A stretch of 43,050 bases of DNA from Octopus sinensis. Lineage: Eukaryota. The stretch spans positions 1 through 43,050 of the forward strand of contig NW_021831899.1 in assembly GCF_006345805.1 (NCBI RefSeq), read 5' to 3'. The notes under the pieces are model-generated. The model made no database searches. It was given only the letters and a program-made list of their open reading frames with translations, and was not told the origin of the DNA. Shown here in pieces: positions 35,329 through 43,050 of the stretch. Every line of letters starts with the position of its first letter. Within the stretch, counting starts at the first letter, position 1. Both the position numbers and the translations under genes were made by a program.

Positions 35329-38283
35329 CATCCAGGAAGTAAGGTGGAGAGGAGGTTCTGCTAGGCTCCTCACAGGCCAGGAACACAGGTACAAGATTTT
35401 CTGGGCAGGAACACTGACTGACGGGTCGGGGGCGTGGGTATACTTCTTGCGGAGAAATGGGTAGGTAAGGTAATCGAGGTAGTCAGAGTAAGTGACAGAG
35501 TAATTAAAATTAGATTAGTTCTTCACCATAGACAGCTACATCATCATCTCGGCATATGCCCCTCAACCGGGGCTACCGGAAGGACAAAAAGACCAATCTA
35601 TGACACCCCTATTGCGGACTACCTCATTGACAAATGACAGTGACCTTCTCTTTGTGGCAGGTGATTTCAATGGACATGTTGGACGACATGTCGGGGCTTC
35701 CATGGCGTCCATGGAGGCTACGGTTTTGGCTCTCGAAATGAGGAAGGAACCAGGCTGCTGGAGTTCTGCGATGCAAATGACCTTATGGTCTGCAATACCC
35801 ACTTCAGGAAACCCACCTCTCACCTAGTCACCTACCGTTCTGCTTGCAGACACACCCAGCCAGATTGACTACATCCTTGCCAGGAAAAGGGAAAGAGGGC
35901 TGATTATAAATGCCAAAACCTTCCCAGTGAAGAATGTACTCCCCAACATAGATTAGTAGTTAGCGACTTCAGGATCAGAGCTAAATGGTTGCCCAGAAGA
36001 AGACCAGCTTGGAGGAGAAGGGTCTGGAAGCTTAAAGATCCTGCAAATGGACAGAGATTTAGAGACATACTACTCGAAGCCTCTGACGAAATAGAAGGGG
36101 ATATAGCTTCACTTAATGTGGGAAGACAACTGGAGATTCCTACGGGACAATCTGCTGACAATCTGCTGACAGCCACTGACCAGATCTGTGGATGGAGCAG
36201 CAAAGTACCATCTCGACCCAGAGTAACATGGTGGTGGAACACTGTGGTTGACAGGGCTATTAGACAAAAGAGACAGGCTTGGAAGGACTGGAAGACGTGG
36301 TAGCAGGGAATTGTATCAGACAGCCAAAAGGGAAGCTAGGAGACAGGTTTATTTAGCCAGAGGGGAAGCGGATAAGAAAAATTTGCCAATGTTCTGAGCC
36401 GTGAGGATGAAAGACTTGAGGTATTCGTGTTGCAAGACAGTGTGTGAGAGAGAATCGGATGTGGTAGGAGAGAAGTGTGTTCGCATGGATGATGGTTCAC
36501 TTGCGCTAAATGAGGATGCAAAGAGAGGTTTGGAGATGCCACTATGAAAGGTTGCTGAATAAGAAAATGAATGGATAAAGAGAGTCTGCCGAATGTTGAC
36601 CCAACAGAGGAACCATCTATCCGAGTTGATAGTTCCGTGGTAGCTAAGGCAATTAGAAGCATGAAGACAGGGAAAGCCCCAGGCCCATCAGGAATTACTG
36701 GCAGAGATGCTCAAAATATCTGGCAGTGTCGGCTATAACCTAGTCACCCGTATAGTGTCAACCAGTGATACACGAAGGAGTCATCCCAATGACTGGTGTA
36801 GCAGCATACTAGTCAACTGCTACAAAGGTAAAGGTGATGCCCTAGATACAAATAATTACAGAGGTATCAAGCTGGTGGATCAGGTAATGAAGGTTACGGA
36901 GAGGGTCATAGCCCAACTAATTAGAGAGAGAGTTAGTTTAGATGAGATGCAGTTTGGGTTTGTCCCAGGGAAAAGCACCACTGATGCTATATTCATGGTA
37001 AGGCAGCTGCAGGAGAAATACCTAGCCAAAGATAAGCCCTGTACTTGGCTTTCGTTGACATGGAGAAAGCCTTGATAGGGTCCCCCGTTCCCTCATCTGG
37101 TGGTCATGAGGAAACTAGGGATAGATGAATGGCTGGTGAGGGCTGTGCAAGCCATGTACAGAGATGCCGTAAGTAAGGTTTAGAGTTGGCAGCATGTCAC
37201 ACAAGAATTCAAGGTAGAGGTTGGGGTCCACCAGGTTCAGTACTCAGCCCCCTCCTATTTATCATAGTCCTCCAGGCAATTGTGGAGGAATTCAAGACAG
37301 GTTGCCCCTGGGAGCTCCTCTATGCTGACGACCTCGCTCTAATCGCTGAGTCACTATCAGAACTGGAGGAGAAGTTCCAGGTGTGGAAGGAGGGTTTAGA
37401 ATCGAGGGGCCTTAGAGTCAACCTAGCTAAAACCAAAGTACTAATAAGTAGAAAGTTAGAAAATCCACAAATATCCTCAGGAAGATGGCCCTGCTCTCGA
37501 TCTGTAGAAAAGGTGTAGTAGAAACTCTATAAGATGTACCCAGTGTAAGCCATGGACACACATAGAGGTGCAGCAATGTCAAAGGTAGGCTAACTGGGAA
37601 GATAGTTTTTGTATGTGGCAGATGCTCTGGAGCATTGACCTCCGAAAATCTGCAGAAACCAACTTCCTCACTTTCCACTTCCGGGGGAAAAACTAGAAGT
37701 AGTTGATAGCTTCCGCTATCTAGGTGACCAAGTCAGTAGTGGGGGCGGGTGCGCCTGAAAGTGTAACTGCTAGAATAAGATAGCCTGGGCAAAGTTTAGG
37801 GAGCTCTTACCTCTGCTGGTGACTAAAGGCCTCTCGCTCAGAGTAAAAGGCAGACTGCATGATGCATGTGTACGAACAGCTATGCTACATGGCAGTGAAA
37901 CATGGGCCGTGACTGCTGAGGACATGCGTAAGCTTGTGAGGAACGAAGCCAGTATGCTCCGATGGATGTGTAATGTCAGTGTACTTACTCGACAGAGCGT
38001 TAGTACCTTGAGAGAAATGTTGTACCTAAGAAGCATCAGTTGTTGTGTGTGCAAGAGAGACGATTGCGCTGGTATGGTCATGTGGCGAAATGGATGAAGA
38101 TAGGTGTGTGAGAAAGTGCCAATCCCTAGCAGTTGAGGGAACCTGTGGAAGAGGTAGACCCAGGAAAACCTGGGACGAAGTGTGAAGCAGCACGACCTTC
38201 GGACGTTAGGTCTCACCATGGAAATGACTAGAGACCGAGACCTATGGAAGTATGCTGTGCGTGAGAAGACCCGGCAAGACTAG
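35329..38283 (+). pseudogene. RTE ORF (AP endonuclease + reverse transcriptase), broken by many small indels
   Basis: ORF-track fragments 35434-35637, 35600-35827, 35989-36303, 36707-37075, 37186-37518 and 37819-38097 are collinear parts of one protein; terminal TAG at 38281-38283. Confidence 0.95.
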
Positions 38284-38464
38284 AACCATAATCCATGGCC
38301 CCTACCTGGGACGTAGTCAGTCCACCTGTGCATACCTTCCTTCTTGTGACACTTGTGAAGACCTGTTGAGGCAAGTGAGAATCGAATCGAATCGATCAAT
38401 CAAATCAAATCGACCAAATCAAAATAGATGAACATCAATGGAATTTTATCCTTGTGGTTACCAG

Positions 38465-38745
38465 TGCCGGTGGCACATAAGAAAACCATCCGAACGTGAT
38501 CGTAGCCAGTACCGCAAACGACTGGCCTCCGTGCTGAGGGCACGTAACAACACACATCCGAGCGTGGCCGTCCGCCAGCCCCCGTCTGGCACCTGTGTCG
38601 GTGACACATAAGAAAACACCATCCGAGCGTGGCCGTCAGCCATCCTCGTCTGGCACCTGTGTCGGTGGCACATAAAAAAACACCATCCAAGCGTGGCCGT
38701 CAGCCACCTCGTCTGGCACCTGTGTCGGTGGCACATAAAATCACC
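38465..38745 (+). repeat. ~64-bp tandem repeat in the RTE 3'UTR
   Basis: ccRagcgtggccgtc at 38558, 38623 and 38687; each unit carries gtcggtggcacataaaaaacacc; a more diverged unit starts at ~38465. Confidence 0.92.
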
Positions 38746-39074
38746 CACTACACTCTCGGAGTGGTTGGCGTTAGGAAGGGCATCCAGCTGTAGAAACACT
38801 GCCAGATCTGACTGGCCTGGTGCAGCCTTCGGGCTTGCCAGACCCCAGTTGAACCGTCCAACCCATGCTAGCATGGAAAGCGGACGTTAAACGATGATGA
38901 TGATGAATGGTAAAGAAAATGTAATTAAAATGACGCTATATTCGGAAGAATAATTGCTAAGAGTCACTAAAATTCTACAGTGGAACATAGAAAAATTTCT
39001 GAGTAGCTGATTTATTTAAAAAAAAAAAAACTATTTTGTTTATTTTAAGCATTTTGTGAATTTAAAGGAATTCA

Positions 39075-39235
39075 CTTCTTCTTCGTCTTCTTCTTCTTCC
39101 TTCTTCTCTTCTTTCGTTGTCGTCTCTTCTTCTTCTTCTTCTTCTTCTTCTCTTCTTCGTCGTCTTCTTCGTCTTCTCTTCTTCTTCTTCTTTCGTCTTC
39201 TTCTCTTCTTCTTCGTCTTCTTCCTCCTCCTCCCT
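39075..39235. repeat. (CTT)/(CGT)n microsatellite
   Basis: Direct reading. Confidence 0.95.
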
Positions 39236-39269
39236 CTCTCCCCACCCTCCAGCACCCAGCACCACACCA

Positions 39270-39400
39270 CCATTGTTTTACATCCATTTTTTCCCATGCT
39301 TGCATCAGTCAGATGGAATTTGTCGAGACAGATTTTCTACACTTAGATGCCCTTCCTGTCACCCACCTTCACCTGTTTCCAAGCAAGGTAATATTTCTCC
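39270..39400 (-). mobile_element. RTE-tail-related element fragment
   Basis: ttcccatgcttgcat..ttttctacacttagatgcccttcctgtcacccacc resembles the reverse complement of the RTE tail. Confidence 0.55.
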
Positions 39401-39600
39401 ATGATTCCAAGAGATAATCTTGCAGAATAATGGAAATGAATGATACTGCTTGCATGGCAGTGACACACATTTACAACAAGCACACAATATGAAGACAAGA
39501 AGACACTAACACACACACACATTCATATATGTATATGTGTTTAAGTAGGTATGTGTGTGTATGTGTGTGTATATGTGTGTGTATATGTGTGTGTATGTGT

Positions 39601-39928
39601 GGGAAGGTGCATGGCTCAGTGGTTAGAGCGTTGGGCTGACAATCACGAGTTCAATTCCCGGGCTGTATGTTGTGTTCTTGAGCAAGACACTTTATTTCAT
39701 GCTACTCCAGTTCACTCAGCTGTAGAAATGAGTTGTGACGTCACTGGTGCCAAGCTGTATCGGCCCCTTTGCCTTTCCCTTGGATAACGTCGGTGGTGTG
39801 GAGAGTGGAGGCTGGTATGCATGGGCAACTGCTGGTCTTCCATAAACAACCTTGCCCGGACTTGTGCCTGGGAGGATAAATTTCTGGGTGCAATCCCATG
39901 GTCTGTGTCGTGACCGAAGTGGGTCTCA
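39601..39928 (+). mobile_element. tRNA-derived SINE (family C-related head and core)
   Basis: A-box tggctcagtgg, B-box gagttcaattccc, core gttgtgttcttgagcaagacactttatttcatgctactccagttcactcagctg. Confidence 0.8.
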
Positions 39929-40052
39929 GATGTGTGTATGTATATATGTATGTATATGTGTGTGTATGTATGTATATGTATATGTACGTGTGTGTGTGTA
40001 TGTATGTATATATGCATATGTGTACATATGTGGTGTATGTATTTATGTGTGT

Positions 40053-40645
40053 ATGTTGTTTTTTGGCAAGAAGCTCACTACTGAGGAGAGCTCAGTGACA
40101 GGCTGTATTCTCGTTGCGAAGAATCCAATTCTTTGTGCTCCACAGATCCGGTTCCTTTCGCCAAATATCCTCCTTCAAACACCCCGGAACATCTCTTGAT
40201 TGTTCTCCAACAAACCTCATGCATCGGCTGATGCATTTTCTCCACATTTACGAGGATGACACTGATAGCAGGTCTTCCAGACCGCTCATCATCATCATCC
40301 AGAGATGTTCTTCCGCTTTTGGAGTACCCATTGCATATGACCCATTGCCTCATCGCCGTAAACTTGCAGAAGCATGCTCAATGCCTCTGTAGCAGACTTC
40401 CCAAGTTTAACGCAAAATTTCACATTGGCTCTTTACTCCTGTCCATGACAAGATCGCAGAATACGGTATACATGTGATCACAAAAACACAAATTTTGCAA
40501 CTTGTGAAGTAAACACAGCAATGCCACTTGGCACATGGCCTCATGAAGGTCATCTGCTAGCTCTCATAGTGCATGCAACTGTGTGCTGTCATCTGTTGGT
40601 GCTCTACAGAACTAGTCTGTGAACATTTTGATACTATCTTGAATG
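40053..40645 (-). mobile_element. Mariner internal-deletion derivative (one TIR retained)
   Basis: TIR-like gtatcaaaatgttcacagactagttctgtagag; N-terminal ANVKFCVKLGKSATEA..SGRTSLDDDERSGRP..NVEK joined to LKEDIWRKEPDLW..NWIL..ENTA..LLAKNNI (HHDNA region). Confidence 0.85.
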
Positions 40646-40717
40646 TGTATATATATATATATATATATATAATTATATATATATATATATATATATACAT
40701 ATACATACATACACACT

Positions 40718-40755
<38 letters not shown>

Positions 40756-40896
40756 AATGTATTTATATAGTCAATTCAATGAACAAACAATTCAAAACAA
40801 ATAAAAAACAAAAAGAGAAAAAGGGCAAAAAAAAGATAAAAAACGAACATGCACAAAAATTATATTAGTTTGACACTTGGATAAAACTTAGAAAGA

Positions 40897-40934
40897 TCTT
40901 TTAACATTTCAAGCATGGCTCTTCATCGGAAAGA
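40897..40934 (-). ncRNA. Decayed minimal hammerhead relic (PLE-type)
   Basis: Minus strand tcttt-CCGATGA-agag ccatg ctt-GAAAT-gtta-aaaga; U4>C and CpG-type decay. Confidence 0.45.
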
Positions 40935-41112
40935 AGAAAGGGGAAACTCTAAAGAAGAAGGAAAATCGCCAACAACCCACGCATCTTCCTGGCCAGGTAA
41001 CCTTGTACCTACTCTACAACAAGACACCTGTTTCTATCTCTCTGTCTCACTATAACCTTTCATCATCTGACACCAAGATCGCCTCCTCCGATGCCCCCCC
41101 TCTCCTCTCAAA

Positions 41113-41329
41113 GGATCTTTGTCTTGCAAGTTACTTGGTGACCCAGTCAGTGCAGGTGCCACTTAAAAAGCATCCAGTCCACACGGTAAAGTGGTTGACA
41201 TTTGGAAGGGCATCCAGCTGTAAAAATCCTGCCAAAACAGTTTCAGAATCTGGTGCAGAAGTATGTCAAACCATCCCACCCATGCCATCATGGAAGGTAG
41301 ACATTAAACATGATGAAAATGATAATGAT
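41113..41329 (+). mobile_element. RTE-tail element, unexpanded copy with a single satellite monomer
   Basis: ggtgccacttaaaaagcatccagt (41155-41178) is one antisense monomer; the tail ggaagggcatccagctgt..catggaagg.agacattaaacatgatga matches the RTE 3' end. Confidence 0.85.
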
Positions 41330-41334
41330 ACATG

Positions 41335-41379
41335 TTTATATATATATACACATACACATACACATAGATATGCATGTAT

Positions 41380-41427
<48 letters not shown>

Positions 41428-41513
41428 TATATATTTGTGTGTGTGTGTGTGTGTATAGTTGTAAATATATTTACATATGCATGTATACATACATACATAT
41501 ATATATATTATAC

Positions 41514-41563
<50 letters not shown>

Positions 41564-41584
41564 TATATATTATATTATATAAAT

Positions 41585-41649
<65 letters not shown>

Positions 41650-41790
41650 ATATTTATATGTATATATATATGTATATATACATGTATAGATATATTGCAT
41701 GTGTGTGTGTATTACAAATAATAATTCCTTTGAAAGAATCTTTTCATTTCATTTGTTATTATATTATATATATATAATACATATATATAT
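41335..41790. repeat. (TA)n-rich microsatellite block
   Basis: Direct reading. Confidence 0.95.
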
Positions 41791-41813
41791 AGTTTTCATG
41801 ACCACCTCACATG

Positions 41814-41880
41814 TATGGCCCATGCTACTAAAAGTTTCACGCACATGGAATCTACACACGTTCTTCAGGCAGCAGCCACA
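41814..41880 (-). ncRNA. Type I hammerhead ribozyme (PLE terminal repeat, sense to the PLE ORF)
   Basis: tgtggc-tgc-tgc CTGAAGA acgtgtgt..atgtgcgt GAAAC tttta GTA| gca-tgg-gccata; intact core, predicted cleavage between 41826 and 41825. Confidence 0.75.
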
Positions 41881-42439
41881 TCATCAGACTTTAGCAGTTT
41901 AAATACTGTACTGAATTGAAAAACAGGGTGAAAGAAACCCAATATTGGAACAGATTATGTGGAAGATACCATTAGGCTGACTAGACAGAGTGTAAATCTC
42001 AAAATGCGACGATCGAATGGTGTAAAATTGGATGGATAAAATTTTGAGGAACAAAAAATATTTATACAATGTAAGGAATGATAGGGCAGATTTAAAAAAG
42101 GGGGTATGTACAAATAATAAGCTAAACATATAAGTGCTCCAGCATGGCCGCAGTCAAATGACTGAAACAAGTAAAAGAGTAAAAGAGTAAAGAGTATCAC
42201 AAGAAACATTTTTTTTTAAATGGCGGGGGACATGTGCAAACATAATTAACAATACTATATATGTAAAGAAAATGTAAATAAATACATATAATAATAATAT
42301 TAAAATATATATTGAAATATAAGATATTTGAAATATTATAAAATACAAAGTTATAAAAATATGAATATGTGATGATATGCTAATAAGAAAAATATATAAA
42401 TATATAAGTAAATTAATTGTTGACCAGTTCGTCAGGTAG

Positions 42440-42740
42440 CTTCCAAGTTTTTGAAGAAATTTATGCATATGTTTACAACTATTAAAAATTTCCGATCATG
42501 AGTTCAAGATTCAGTTTGGTATCTTGGATCTAAATAGGATATGTGCCCTCTCTGCCAAACACATCTTGCATTTATTAGAACCATTTATGTATGATGTAAA
42601 TTTTTCTATAATTTTCCATTTAATTCTGTATGGTATTTTCTTACATTTCAGTTCCCAAACATAGCTGGAAAGCCTCATGGTATTGCATTTCTCGCTGTAA
42701 TGGAATGTTGATAAATGATTTGCTTAACGTTTTTTGAATG
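42440..42740 (-). pseudogene. Penelope-like element ORF C-terminus
   Basis: RLSSYVWELK..IKWKII..Y..NKCKMCLAERAHI..ILNS*SEIFNSCKHMHKFL, typical of the end of Penelope/Poseidon-type ORFs; two in-frame stops. Confidence 0.8.
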
Positions 42741-42850
42741 CTCCTTCACATAGCCTGATATATGTCTTATCAGCTATATACACATTGTTGTGTATATAGC
42801 TGATAATATATATATATATATATATATATTTAAACTGCTTAAGTCCGATG

Positions 42851-42919
42851 GTATGGCTGCCACCTGAAGAACATTCACAGGTTCCATGTGCATGAAACTT
42901 TTAGTAGTGTGGGCCATAC
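42851..42919 (+). ncRNA. Type I hammerhead ribozyme (inverted PLE terminal repeat), stem II decayed
   Basis: gtatggc-tgc-cac CTGAAGA ..GAAAC tttta GTA| gtg-tgg-gccatac; predicted cleavage between 42906 and 42907. Confidence 0.7.
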
Positions 42920-43050
42920 ATGTGAGGTGGTCATGAAAAAGAATATTTACTCTTGTTAGGTGGAGTACTCTTTTGTTGTTAACGCTAGACATACAGACCC
43001 ATTTTTTTTCTTATATATATCATCATCAACATCATATATATATATATATA

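Larger units (their letters stand above)
35329..38906 (+). mobile_element. Near-full-length RTE-clade LINE, 5'-truncated within the endonuclease
   Basis: APE motifs (QEVRWRG, GVGILL, SAYAP, AGDFNGHVG, QIDYIL), RT motifs (YKGKGD..NYRGI, QFGF..GKSTTDAIF, QGSVLSPLLF, LLYADD, FRYLG), ~620-bp 3'UTR and (GAT)n tail. Confidence 0.97.

Noticed and set aside
38400-38890. ORFs in the RTE 3'UTR
   Set aside because: They are products of the GC-rich 64-bp tandem repeat.
35280-38925. TSD for the RTE LINE
   Set aside because: Only weak similarity (ggcaaag or aattggtaaa vs aatggtaaag); not convincing.

Overview
AT-rich, repeat-saturated eukaryotic DNA. The SINE, RTE, MITE and microsatellite repertoire points to a coleoid cephalopod, probably Octopus (inference). 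No complete host gene is visible; two candidate in-frame + strand coding exons (29044-29094, 34986-35023) suggest the window is mostly intron. Main features: (1) a ~10.85-kb array of a 26-bp satellite (15563-26413) with ~3.2-kb higher-order structure. It expanded inside one minus-strand copy of an RTE-tail element; an unexpanded copy lies at 41113-41329, and the same motif is tandemly repeated in the 3'UTR of (2) a near-full-length RTE LINE (35329-38906) carrying a PHD-like finger inside its RT. (3) A Penelope-like 3' fragment flanked by inverted repeats, each folding into a type I hammerhead ribozyme, with compensatory changes between the two (41814-41880, 42851-42919). (4) A nested Helitron/CR1/Merlin-like MITE stack at 1242-3601. 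The rest is hAT, mariner, piggyBac-like and HINE-like elements, at least three SINE families and many microsatellites. All alignments and folds were done by eye.
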